Shown here one piece after another: positions 9,460 through 19,394 of a DNA stretch of 64,000 bases. Origin of the DNA: Cyanobacteria bacterium P01_A01_bin.123 (GTDB lineage Bacteria; Cyanobacteriota; Cyanobacteriia; Phormidesmidales; Phormidesmidaceae). A model generated the notes under the pieces. The model worked only from the letters and a program-made list of their open reading frames with translations. It did not search any database and was not told where the DNA came from. Within the stretch, counting starts at the first letter, position 1, and each line of letters starts with the position of its first letter. Made by a program: the position numbers and the translations under genes. The DNA lies in NCBI GenBank assembly GCA_039815185.1, contig JBCBZT010000026.1:32001-96000 (forward strand), written 5' to 3'.

Positions 9460-10563
9460 CTAGGGCAAGCCTCCAATGCATCCCGCTTCGGTAAACTGTG
9501 GGGCAAATCCAGGGTAATATTCCTCAAAATCATCTGACGTTACCGGATCTTCTAACGGTAAAGGATGGGAAAATGCAGAGATCCCGGGTTGGTTGTTGTA
9601 GACGTACGCATTGCCTAGAAAATCACCGTCTAAAACGTACACCTGGGAGTCGTTGGTGTAGAGCTTACCGTTAATGACGCGCCCCATATAAAGTTCGGCA
9701 TGTTCCACATAAGGGACACTCACAATGCAGACTTCTCCCCGATTTGGCGAGGGATAAATCATCACACTTTGAAGATCTGCACCCCAGTCACCCAAAAAAG
9801 GCGCGATCGCCGGGTCAACTTCAGCCCAGGCCGCAGCAAAAGCCGCGTGTTCTTGCTGCACTTCTGGAGTCCGTTTATCCTGGAAATAATCCATTGATTG
9901 CCATTCCGAGATTGTTTGCCGCATCTCATCAATGAGCTGCTGAATTTCTGTCTCAGTGGGGTAGCGTGGTGGAAATTCAGCAAGACAACCTGCCTCATCA
10001 AACTGTGTCACGAGCCCAAGGTTATTTTGAGAAAAATAACCAGAAAAGTAGTTTATCGCTGACGGATGGGTCACAGGTCCCGGGTGTGAATATTCATAGA
10101 GGCGGGGTTGGTTATCGTAAACAGAGGTGCTGCCTAAAAAGTCACTGTCTAAGACAAACACGAGATTGCGCTCGGTATAGACTTTGCCATCAACCACTTG
10201 CCCCCTGTAAAAGTCAACATCTTCCAGATACATATCAACGATGCAAACCTCTCCTCGACTTGCCGAGGGGTAAATCATCAGCGTTTCTTCAATGGCGGTC
10301 CAGCTACCCAGATAGGGGGCGATCGCTGGGTCAGCTTCAGCCCAGGCTGCTGCGAAATCTTCCTGTTCCTGGCGTTCTTCTGGAGTGCGTCGATCGAGAT
10401 GAATGCCCGTGGATTCGAGCTGTGGAATCCTTTGCCGCATCTCTTCAACTAACTGTTGAATCTCTGCGTCAGTCGGGTGGCGTTCGGATTGGGCCTCTGC
10501 CGGAGCCATGACGCCAAGGCTAAACAGTAGGGCAATTGTGCTGAGGGGGAATGGCTTGATCAT
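9460..10563 (-). CDS. Secreted hypothetical protein made of two tandem homologous ~170-aa domains
   Basis: Signal peptide; PTxxEIQQLxxEMRQ..RTPE..FAAAWAExDPAIAPxLGxW..GEVCIV..EAGC occurs twice. Confidence 0.75.
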   Translation of the reverse strand: MIKPFPLSTIALLFSLGVMAPAEAQSERHPTDAEIQQLVEEMRQRIPQLESTGIHLDRRTPEERQEQEDFAAAWAEADPAIAPYLGSWTAIEETLMIYPSASRGEVCIVDMYLEDVDFYRGQVVDGKVYTERNLVFVLDSDFLGSTSVYDNQPRLYEYSHPGPVTHPSAINYFSGYFSQNNLGLVTQFDEAGCLAEFPPRYPTETEIQQLIDEMRQTISEWQSMDYFQDKRTPEVQQEHAAFAAAWAEVDPAIAPFLGDWGADLQSVMIYPSPNRGEVCIVSVPYVEHAELYMGRVINGKLYTNDSQVYVLDGDFLGNAYVYNNQPGISAFSHPLPLEDPVTSDDFEEYYPGFAPQFTEAGCIGGLP

Positions 10564-10623
10564 GGGAATTTTGTTTTCTAGCTGATGAATTAAACCTTTA
10601 TCCAAGTCCAGACCTGGCATTTG

Positions 10624-10727
10624 ATAGCGCTGGCCAGATTGCTTAATGCACCTAGCCTCGCTGGGATGCTCAGTACACCAGCAATCTGGCTCGCCGTAGC
10701 GCCCAAAGCTTTGGGGCTACGGCTATA
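10624..10727. mobile_element. ~104 bp palindromic dispersed element (MITE-like), copy 1
   Basis: Collinear with 33495-33598; ATAGC..GCTAT ends; internal arms GCCAGATTGC/GCAATCTGGC; hairpin centred on AAAGCTTT. Confidence 0.7.
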
Positions 10728-10923
10728 TCTGTGGGGACATTCCCCATCCCGAGCTGGACTTGGGTTAGGGGCAGATCCAACGATGCATAGCTTGTGCAAC
10801 ATCGCTAACAGCACTAATTCCGGGACTGATCGCTATCCCTTTGAGGGCCATGCAGGGCATAGGCCGATGGCCAAAACGATAAAATACAGCTAGGGGAGCC
10901 ATGATAAAAAACCGATTTAGCCG

Positions 10924-12240
10924 TTGCAGCAATCGAACGTATTAGCAACACTGGTGCGGGGTGCCAGCACAGCACTGGTGATCCAAATCCTCAGCGCAGG
11001 CGTTTTATATGGCACCCAAGTGCTATTAGCACGCTGGCTGGGCACAACTGCATACGGCATTTACGATTATGTCAATGCTGTCGGTGTTTCTTTAGCCTTT
11101 CTCGCAGGGTTAGGCTTACCCGTTGCCGTGCTGCGCTTTACCTCAGAATACGTCACCCGCCAAGACTGGGCACGGCTTCGAGGGATTATTTGGGGCAGTT
11201 GGCAACAAACCTTAGTGGTGAGTTTGATCACCTCAATCTGTGGCACGGCTATTGTGTTACAGTTGCAAGCCTCTGGTCATTTGAGCGCATACACGACACC
11301 TCTCACGGTGGGGATTTGGGCAGTTCCGATTGTTGCATTGCTGAACCTACAAACGGAAATTGTCCGTGCCTTTCAGCAGATTACATTGGCCTATGCCCCC
11401 GCGCTAATTCTGCATCCACTGTTGCTGATTGCTATGGCGTTTGTTTGGCAACTGCGGCAGACGATAACCAGTACCGCGGCGATCGCCCTTACGATGATTT
11501 CTGCACTGTTGACACTGGTGCTGCAATGGGTGTTATTTCAAAAAAACTTAGATCCCAAAATTCGTAGCGCTCGCCCAGTTTATGCCGTTGCTTATTGGTC
11601 AAAAATTGCCCTGCCATTACTGTTAGTCAGTGGCTCGCACATCATTCTCAGCCAAACTGACACGCTGATGATTGGCACATTGATTAACGCCAAAGCGGTT
11701 GGCATCTACAGTGCTGCCCTCAAAACCTCACTGTGGGTTCCGTTTATTTTGATCGCAGTCAATGCGATTTCAGCGCCGTTGATTGCGTCTCTTTATGCCC
11801 AGGGCGATCGCCCTGGGCTGCAACAATTAGTCTCCACAGTTGCCCGATGGATGTTTTATCCAGCCTTCGCGATCGCGGTTGTATTAATTAGCTTTTCTAA
11901 GCCTATATTGCAATTATTTGGCACAGAATTTGCAGCAGCGAAAGTGGCATTAATTATTTTGATTTTGGGACAGCTCGTAAACGTTGGGGTGGGCTCAGTT
12001 GCATATCTCATGATGATGACGGGACATCAAAATCAGTCCGCTTTAGTGATGGGTGTCAGTGCCCTGACAAATGTGATCTTGAATCTGATCGGCATTCATT
12101 TCTTAGGCATCATTGGTGCCGCCCTAGCCACAGCCCTTTCAATGACGATGTGGAATGTTTGGCTCCATGCTTTAGTGGTTCGAGAGCTTGGCGTTCGTCC
12201 TTCTATTCTGGCTACCTTTCAATTACCCCATCTTCAATAA
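10924..12240 (+). CDS. Polysaccharide flippase (Wzx/MOP family); 5' end possibly frameshifted
   Basis: LARWLG..YGIY, GLGLP..LRF, TDTLMIG..VGIYSAA, GIIGAALAT; about 12 TM segments. Confidence 0.85.
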   Translation: MQQSNVLATLVRGASTALVIQILSAGVLYGTQVLLARWLGTTAYGIYDYVNAVGVSLAFLAGLGLPVAVLRFTSEYVTRQDWARLRGIIWGSWQQTLVVSLITSICGTAIVLQLQASGHLSAYTTPLTVGIWAVPIVALLNLQTEIVRAFQQITLAYAPALILHPLLLIAMAFVWQLRQTITSTAAIALTMISALLTLVLQWVLFQKNLDPKIRSARPVYAVAYWSKIALPLLLVSGSHIILSQTDTLMIGTLINAKAVGIYSAALKTSLWVPFILIAVNAISAPLIASLYAQGDRPGLQQLVSTVARWMFYPAFAIAVVLISFSKPILQLFGTEFAAAKVALIILILGQLVNVGVGSVAYLMMMTGHQNQSALVMGVSALTNVILNLIGIHFLGIIGAALATALSMTMWNVWLHALVVRELGVRPSILATFQLPHLQ

Positions 12241-12312
12241 GCTTTGAGATAATCTGCTTAATTGATCAAAAAATCTTTGTCCGTCAACCTTAATAGGTTG
12301 CGTTTTAAAGCG

Positions 12313-13551
12313 ATGCGTACTCGACTAAAAGTTTTAATAACAATACTCACGGTGTTCCTGTTGATGCCAGCCCCATCTCCAGCGATCGCATTGACCATTC
12401 TCTTCCCGACAATCGCGCAAGTCACACCGACCCAGCAATTTACCCCCAGCCAAGCCTTAGAAAGACTCTTTACCCAGCCCACAGTAGAGTCTACCTGGTT
12501 TGCCGATCGGTTTTTATCCCAAATTTCAATCGACCAAGTTCAGCAAATTGTCCAAAGCCTATCCCGCAACTTAGGCACATTTCAGCGGGTAGAACCGGTG
12601 GACGATCGCTATCAGTTGGTCTTTGAGCGGGGCATCGTTCCGACCCAGATTCGGCTGAATACAGCAGGGCAAATCACCATGCTGTTTTTCCAGCCACCCC
12701 AGTTAGGCAATGTTTCCTTAGATGAGGTCGTTGCAGCCTTTGAGCAACTTCCAGGGCAAGTGCATTTGCTCATTCGTCGAGGCAATGAAACCTTGGCAGC
12801 AATCAATCCAGAGACGCCATTAGCAGTCGGGTCAGCCTTCAAGCTGGTGGTCTTGCAGGCCCTAGAGCAGCAAATTGCCGCCGGAACCTACAGATGGGAT
12901 CAGGTGATTGTCCTTGATCCAGCTTGGCAAAGTTTGCCCAGCGGGATTTTGCAACGTTGGCCTGCCGATACGCCGCTGACGGTGCAAACCCTAGCAACAC
13001 TGATGATTTCCCTGAGCGACAACACCGCTACTGATGCGTTGATTAACCTGGTCGGCACCGATGCCATTGAAGCCTTGAGTCCCCGCAATCAGCCCTTCCT
13101 CACGACTCGAGCCGCCTTTACGCTCAAAAATCCAGCCAATCAAGCGCTGCTCGATCGCTATCTACAAGCAGGAGAATCTGAGCGGCGATCGCTGCTGGCG
13201 ACCGTCACCGACTATCCCCTGCCAGCGGTTGAACTCTTTACCGATCAGCCCCTGGTTCCTGAAATTGAGTGGTTTTTTACCGCCACAGAGCTTTGCGACG
13301 CGATCGCCACCGTCGCCGACCTCCCCCCTGTGCATGTCGAACCGGGATTGGCCGATCCGGCTGACTGGATCCAAATCGCCTACAAAGGCGGTTCAGAACC
13401 AGGAGTGCTCAATTTCACGACCCACCTCACGACCGACAACGGCAGCACCTATTGCATTACCGCTACCTGGAATCGAGATACGGCATTGGACGAGGCACAG
13501 TTTGCGGGGTTGTATCAAAGTGCGATCGCAGTGTTAAAGACCGAGGATTGA
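12313..13551 (+). CDS. Serine hydrolase (class A beta-lactamase-like fold) with N-terminal extension
   Basis: SxxK (GSAFK), SDN (ISLSDNTATD) and KGGS motifs. Confidence 0.85.
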   Translation: MRTRLKVLITILTVFLLMPAPSPAIALTILFPTIAQVTPTQQFTPSQALERLFTQPTVESTWFADRFLSQISIDQVQQIVQSLSRNLGTFQRVEPVDDRYQLVFERGIVPTQIRLNTAGQITMLFFQPPQLGNVSLDEVVAAFEQLPGQVHLLIRRGNETLAAINPETPLAVGSAFKLVVLQALEQQIAAGTYRWDQVIVLDPAWQSLPSGILQRWPADTPLTVQTLATLMISLSDNTATDALINLVGTDAIEALSPRNQPFLTTRAAFTLKNPANQALLDRYLQAGESERRSLLATVTDYPLPAVELFTDQPLVPEIEWFFTATELCDAIATVADLPPVHVEPGLADPADWIQIAYKGGSEPGVLNFTTHLTTDNGSTYCITATWNRDTALDEAQFAGLYQSAIAVLKTED

Positions 13552-13880
13552 AGTTTTAGTCGCCATCCCCGACGATACATTCCCAACCATTCCATTATTT
13601 ACAGTAGATGATCTGCCTGCCAGTGGGTCGAGTTTGATCTACCTTGGTGTAAAAGCAGGGCTATTTTACAGTGTATTGTTGCGCTCGAAGGGGAATGGGA
13701 CTGCAACATCTCCCAAAGGTTGAAAACCCGGAAGCATTCTTAAATGCAAACCCTAAGTGCAAAGCTGAAGGGGAGTGGATTCAGGCTTGGTTTGCGCTTC
13801 GACAGTTTGCGCCATCTCATCGACCCTTGCCCTACCATGGTTTACTAAAGCACATGGTCTCTGAGATGAAAGGGTTGACG

Positions 13881-15707
13881 ATGGAGTTTAAGGTGAAACA
13901 ACGGTTAAGCGCGATCGCCCGTCATGGGCAAATCTTTGCTAAACAAGGGTTGCTGTGGGGGATAGTGGCTGTAGTCGCGATCGCGCTTTCAGGGTGCAGC
14001 CTTGAGCAATTTCGCGTCGCCGAAGCAGCCCAAGGGACTCAGATGATCGCTGCCTTTTCTGAAAACCCCAAGACCTTCAATGCAGCCCTCAGTGCTGAAA
14101 TTCCTAATGTTTTTTACTATTTCACCTATGAAGGACTGCTGACTGAAAACAAGATTACAGCAGAACTCGAACCTGGCCTGGCTGAATCCTGGGAAGTGTC
14201 CGACGACAATCTGAGCTTGGCATTCACCCTGCGCGAGGGATTGAAATGGTCTGATGGCGAACCGCTCACCGCCGAAGACTTTGTTTTTACAATCAACGAC
14301 GTTTATCTCAACGAAGCGATTCCGGCAAATGGTCGAGATGGCCTGCGAGTGGGTGAACAGGGTCTATTTCCAGAGGTCTCGGCAGTCGATGAACGCACCA
14401 TCATGATCGTCTCTCCCGAGCCGTTTGCCCCCCTAGTCAGAACCATTGGCCTCTCCTCCCCGCTCCCTAAGCATGCACTCGAAGACGCTGTTAAAGAGGT
14501 GGATTCATCTGGAGAACCCCGTTTTAATAGCACTTGGAGCATTAATGCCGATCCCCGCGAAGTGGTCTGCAATGGCCCATATGTGATCTCAGATTATGCA
14601 CCAGGGGAACGAGTCATCTTTGAACGCAACCCCTACTACTGGCGCCAAGATGACCAGGGTAATCCCATGCCCTACATCGATCGCATTATCCGCCCGATTA
14701 TTGAATCGTCAGACAATGCGCTGTTGCAGTTTCGCTCTGGCGGGCTGGATGTCGCTGGCGTTGCCCCCAGCAACTACTCTTTACTCAAAAAAGAAGAAGA
14801 TCGGGGCAACTTCACCATTCGCATTGGTGGGCCAAACTCGGGCATGTCCTTCATAACCTTCAATCTCAACAAAGGCAGCCGCAACGGCAAACCCTTGATC
14901 GATCCCATCAAGTCAAGTTGGTTTAACCGTAAGGAATTTCGCCAAGCCGTTGCCTATGGTATCGATCGCGGCACCTTGATCAACAATCTCTATCGGGGCA
15001 TTGGCGAACCTCAATATTCCCCAATCTCGTTGCAAAGCCCCTATTATCTGTCTCCGGAGGAAGGGCTTAAGGTTTATGAACATGACCCTGACATGGCTAG
15101 ACAGTTGCTAGAAAGTGGAGGATTTGAATATGATGGCTCCGGTCAACTGCAGGATGAAGCCGGGAATGCCGTGCGTTTTACTCTCAGCGCCCCGTCCGGT
15201 AGCCCCACGACGGGCAACATCTTGTCTCAGATTAAGCGAGATTTGGGTGCCATTGGCATCCGGGTCGATACACAGGAGATAACTTTCAGCAGCCTGCTCG
15301 ATAAAATTGACGACAGTATTGACTGGGAATGTATTTTCCTAGGCTTTACTGGGGGTGTTGAACCCAATGGAGCCTCAAACTTTTGGCAACCCGAAGGACG
15401 ACTGCACATCTTTAACCAGATGGCACAACCTGGCCAAGACCCAGTCGAAGGTCGAGAAATATCCGATTGGGAAATGCAGATTGGTCAGCTTTACACCCAA
15501 GCTGCCCAAGAAATGGATGAAGAAAGACGAAAAGCTATCTACGCTGAGTTTCAGCAGATTGCCCTAGAACAGTCGCCCTTGATTTACATGGTCAATCCAA
15601 TTTCAATGGCAGCAGTCCGCGATCGCTTCGAGAATATTCAGTTCGCAGCCCTCGACCGCACCCTGTTTTGGAACATCTACGAGGTGAAAGTCAAGGATGA
15701 AGATTAA
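13881..15707 (+). CDS. ABC transporter substrate-binding lipoprotein, peptide/nickel (family 5)
   Basis: Lipobox LSGC, PKTFN, PGLAESW, LREGLKWSDGEPLTAEDF, NPYYW. The start codon is uncertain. Confidence 0.9.
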   Translation: MEFKVKQRLSAIARHGQIFAKQGLLWGIVAVVAIALSGCSLEQFRVAEAAQGTQMIAAFSENPKTFNAALSAEIPNVFYYFTYEGLLTENKITAELEPGLAESWEVSDDNLSLAFTLREGLKWSDGEPLTAEDFVFTINDVYLNEAIPANGRDGLRVGEQGLFPEVSAVDERTIMIVSPEPFAPLVRTIGLSSPLPKHALEDAVKEVDSSGEPRFNSTWSINADPREVVCNGPYVISDYAPGERVIFERNPYYWRQDDQGNPMPYIDRIIRPIIESSDNALLQFRSGGLDVAGVAPSNYSLLKKEEDRGNFTIRIGGPNSGMSFITFNLNKGSRNGKPLIDPIKSSWFNRKEFRQAVAYGIDRGTLINNLYRGIGEPQYSPISLQSPYYLSPEEGLKVYEHDPDMARQLLESGGFEYDGSGQLQDEAGNAVRFTLSAPSGSPTTGNILSQIKRDLGAIGIRVDTQEITFSSLLDKIDDSIDWECIFLGFTGGVEPNGASNFWQPEGRLHIFNQMAQPGQDPVEGREISDWEMQIGQLYTQAAQEMDEERRKAIYAEFQQIALEQSPLIYMVNPISMAAVRDRFENIQFAALDRTLFWNIYEVKVKDED

Positions 15708-15790
15708 AGGAAAATTGTACGGGCAGATTTAGTCATAAAGCATTGAGCATAGCTGCAAAATAACTTTCAAACCCCGCCCATATCAAACAA

Positions 15791-17134
15791 CTACCCTTCA
15801 CCAGTGACTGAAAGGGCGTCTACCCAAACGCGTGGGCATATTCCACCAGGCGTGATCTCAGCTTCCGGTTCCATATAGATAATGGAATTCAGCACATCCT
15901 GGATGTCCCCAGCCACCGTGGCCGACTCAATGCTGGTTTTCTCACCTTGATGCAGCATCCAGCCGTCAAAAGGCAGCGAGAAAGACCCTTGCAGGGCATT
16001 CACGCCAGCGTGGAGCGCCTGCAACTCATCGATCCAAATCACATTTTCTGCCGACTCAAGGCTCAAGCTGTCGCTCACCGTCTTACCCGGCAATACATGG
16101 TAAAAGTTCGCCCCAACACTAACTTTGGCCCCAATGCTGGCATGGCCTGTGGGTTTAGCCTTGAGTCGTTTGGCTGTCCCTGCACTATGCAAGAAGTTTG
16201 CCAGAATCCCATCCGTAATCAGGGGCAGTCGCCGGGTTGGGGTGCCTTCGCCATCGAAGGTTTCAGCTGAAATATTCTCCGGGTGTAGCGCATCATCGTA
16301 AACCGTCAGCAGCGGTGAGGCAACTTGCGTCCCTAACGACTCAGGCGTAGACAAACTACGCTTATCTAAAATGCTCTGGGCATTAAACAGATTAGAAAAC
16401 GCGCTCAGCAAGCTGAGAAACGCCTCAGCAGAAAATACCACCGGGTACTTGCCAGACTGGATTTTTTCATAGTTGAGGTGGCTAATGATTTTATCCGCGG
16501 CTTCTTTGAGGCAACCTGCAGTATCCAGTTGTGACAGCCCACTTTGGATACGCATGGCTCCTGCTGCTCGAGGTTTGCGGCCCTCTTGTTCAGTTTTGCC
16601 ATACAGATAAATCGAGGCGTAGGTGCGGGCCTCCTGGCGCAGGGCACCATTACTATTGAGATAAAATCGCTCAATATCTCGTTGGGCTAAGCCGTTATAG
16701 GGCACACTCGCGATCGCGTCGTGAGCTTCCAACAGCGTTTTCTCCGCCGCCACCAGTTTTTCAATCAAGTTCGAGACAGGAGCCTGGGGTTGCGATTCCA
16801 CCTCAACATTAGCCGTGGGCGCAGTGGCTTCTGGGCTAAAGTCAGGGACATGCTCCTTAGCCCCAAAATCACTGGCTTCTTGGGCAGTTTTCAGCGCCAA
16901 CTCTAACCCGGTCGTATCTAAATCCGTCGTGGTGGTCACCCCCAAGCGATCGTCATTATTCCACACCCGCACAATCACGCTAGAGCGGTTGGAAGCTTTA
17001 ACTTGCTTGGGTTCCCCTCTATCTACCTGCACGCTGGTTTCGTCTACAGACGATCCGTAAATGTCGTATTTAGCAATTCCTAGCTTCTTCGCTGTGGTTT
17101 CGGCTTGAGCCGCAATATCTTGGATCTGCGTCAT
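15791..17134 (-). CDS. pmbA: PmbA/TldE family protein
   Basis: FDGEGTPT and GSFSLPFDGW; lacks HExxxH; directly downstream of tldD. Confidence 0.88.
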   Translation of the reverse strand: MTQIQDIAAQAETTAKKLGIAKYDIYGSSVDETSVQVDRGEPKQVKASNRSSVIVRVWNNDDRLGVTTTTDLDTTGLELALKTAQEASDFGAKEHVPDFSPEATAPTANVEVESQPQAPVSNLIEKLVAAEKTLLEAHDAIASVPYNGLAQRDIERFYLNSNGALRQEARTYASIYLYGKTEQEGRKPRAAGAMRIQSGLSQLDTAGCLKEAADKIISHLNYEKIQSGKYPVVFSAEAFLSLLSAFSNLFNAQSILDKRSLSTPESLGTQVASPLLTVYDDALHPENISAETFDGEGTPTRRLPLITDGILANFLHSAGTAKRLKAKPTGHASIGAKVSVGANFYHVLPGKTVSDSLSLESAENVIWIDELQALHAGVNALQGSFSLPFDGWMLHQGEKTSIESATVAGDIQDVLNSIIYMEPEAEITPGGICPRVWVDALSVTGEG

Positions 17135-17136
17135 GG

Positions 17137-18621
17137 TTATCGTCCTCCCACGGTAATCGCATCCACTTTTAGGTGGGGTTGACCCACGGTCACATAAATA
17201 CTGCCGCTAACCGAGCCACAAAAGCCCGGTGCCAGACCCAAATCATTGGAGCACATGGAAATCCGATCCATAATTTCGGTTGCTTCACCAATCAGCGTTG
17301 CGCCCTTCAAGGGCTTGGTCAGCTTACCATTCTCAATCAGATAGGCTTCACTCACCGCGAAATTGAATTGCCCCGTTGGCCCGACGCTACCGCCGCCCAT
17401 TTTCTTGCAGTAAATGCCTTTGTCAATGGAGGCGAACAAGTCATCAATACTGTGCTCACCCGGTGCGATATAGGTATTACGCATGCGAGATGCCGCAGCA
17501 TAGGTATAGCTTTGCCGTCGGCCACTGCCCGTGCGCGGGTGTCCAGTCCTCATAGAACCCGCTCGATCGGACAGGAAATTCTTCAACACGCCGTTTTCAA
17601 TCAGCAGGGTACGTTGGGCAGGCATCCCCTCATCGTCCATGTCAATGGTGCCAAACTCATCGTCGGTTAATCCCTCATCCCAGGCGGTAAGGTTTTCGTG
17701 GGCGATTTTTTCACCCTTTTTATCCATAAAAGGCGTTGTCCCCCGTTCGATTTGGGTGGTTTCGAGCAGGTGACCGCAAGCTTCATGGAAAATGACGCCG
17801 CCAAAGTGATTAGCCATCACAATTGGGTAGGTGCCCGACTCAACGTAGTCGGCATAAAGCATTTTGCCCGCCGCCTCAGAGACCTGATCGGCGGTGTCGT
17901 TATAGTCCCAAGTTCTCAGGAAGGCTGGATCGCTAGTATCGCCTACCCGCTGCCCAATGGAAGAGCGATGGCTACCATCGGCACACAACAAGTTGTAGCC
18001 AACCGATTGGGTGAGGCGAATGTCACGGGCGAAAGTGCCGTCACTAGAGGCCACCAGTACCTCTTGCCAATCACGGAAATAGGCTGCACGGCGCGACTGG
18101 ACGTGGCTAGCCTTTTGCTCCAGAGCAGCGTTGGCCGCCAGCAGCACGTCCCCCATCTCCTGCATTGAGCTGCACTGTGCTAGCCAGGGCTCTTTGTTAC
18201 GGGCGATCGCGTAGTCACGCAATAACTCCAAGTTGATTTCTGGCACGTGGGCATTGGGACTGGGTAGCGTCAACCCCATGATCGACAATCCCTTTTCCAA
18301 AGCAGCCTTCAACCCGTTAAAACTCAAGTCATTGGTGCTGACATAACAATCTGCTTTGCCCAAAAATACCCGTACCCCAGCCCCCGTAACTAATCGAGGC
18401 GAAATGCTGGTAATCGCATCATCCTCAGCCTGGGCACTGATATAGTTGTTGCGCTCTAAGAAAAACTCAATAAAATCTGCCCCAGCAGCTCGCCCTAGCC
18501 CCAACAGAGTCGAGAGGGGCTTTTCCCACGACTGATCAAAGCGATCGCGGGTGGCATGGTAGTGCAACGATGGGATCTCCTTAGACCGGAGAAATATAGG
18601 AGAGGGGGTAGCCAGAGTCAT
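17137..18621 (-). CDS. tldD: TldD metalloprotease
   Basis: [31 protein letters not shown]. Likely start is ATG 18621. Confidence 0.92.
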   Translation of the reverse strand: MTLATPSPIFLRSKEIPSLHYHATRDRFDQSWEKPLSTLLGLGRAAGADFIEFFLERNNYISAQAEDDAITSISPRLVTGAGVRVFLGKADCYVSTNDLSFNGLKAALEKGLSIMGLTLPSPNAHVPEINLELLRDYAIARNKEPWLAQCSSMQEMGDVLLAANAALEQKASHVQSRRAAYFRDWQEVLVASSDGTFARDIRLTQSVGYNLLCADGSHRSSIGQRVGDTSDPAFLRTWDYNDTADQVSEAAGKMLYADYVESGTYPIVMANHFGGVIFHEACGHLLETTQIERGTTPFMDKKGEKIAHENLTAWDEGLTDDEFGTIDMDDEGMPAQRTLLIENGVLKNFLSDRAGSMRTGHPRTGSGRRQSYTYAAASRMRNTYIAPGEHSIDDLFASIDKGIYCKKMGGGSVGPTGQFNFAVSEAYLIENGKLTKPLKGATLIGEATEIMDRISMCSNDLGLAPGFCGSVSGSIYVTVGQPHLKVDAITVGGR

Positions 18622-19394
18622 GCAATCCTTATTCCTTAAGTGAATAGACGCAATTATTTCAGGTCTTCTCAGTCTAACAAACTGTTGAGAGATGAGAGAA
18701 ACCGCGTAGGGCATCCCGCTATAAAGCTCATTGAAAAAGCTCAACTAACCCGTCAAAAGAAGAATATCGTATCTTTACAGCCGAGCTTGATTGAGCACTC
18801 CATCTCACATCCCAGTTTTTTCAACACCCTACGTATTTTTTCTTAGACTAGATAGAATCACTTAACTTTGTCTAATGGACAATCACCCTAAAAAGTGCTT
18901 TTTCTCGAGAAAAAAAATTTAGCCAGTGATCTCCTAAGAATTTATCCCTAGATAGAATTACTTAAGCTTAGCCAGAAAGCACCTCTAAATTGGCTCAAAA
19001 AAATATATTCATAATGATTGAGGAACTCTCAGAGCTTTTCTATTTCAAATACATGCCACTTCACTTCAGTCAATAGAGAAAAGCTCGAAAAAGCGTTCAA
19101 TTTGAGTTTTAGAGAATCCGTCATATGGCTTAGTCAATCCCCGAATCCGCTGGGAATGATCAGATTGGAGCACCTTTGGTATAGGTTCAATCTCATTCTG
19201 GATTTTTCATAAATTTTTGATCTAATTAAATTTTGGCGATTTTCAAAGATCAGAAATATGAGTCTATATAAACGTGAGACCATGCTTTAACCCTGGGCAT
19301 CAACTTTAGTTCTTACAGGATGTCGAGAAGTTTATGCTCTTCAAAATCATCAGGCTGTGGTTTGTTTCTAATTAGGTTGTTGGACAATGGGGAA

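Noticed and set aside
10621..10893. 90-aa plus-strand ORF
   Set aside because: It reads through the MITE-like repeat; there is no coding signal.
15791..18621. tldD/pmbA as RiPP maturation genes for the NRPS block
   Set aside because: This is a common cyanobacterial core pair, divergently oriented and with host-like composition; no precursor or YcaO gene is nearby.
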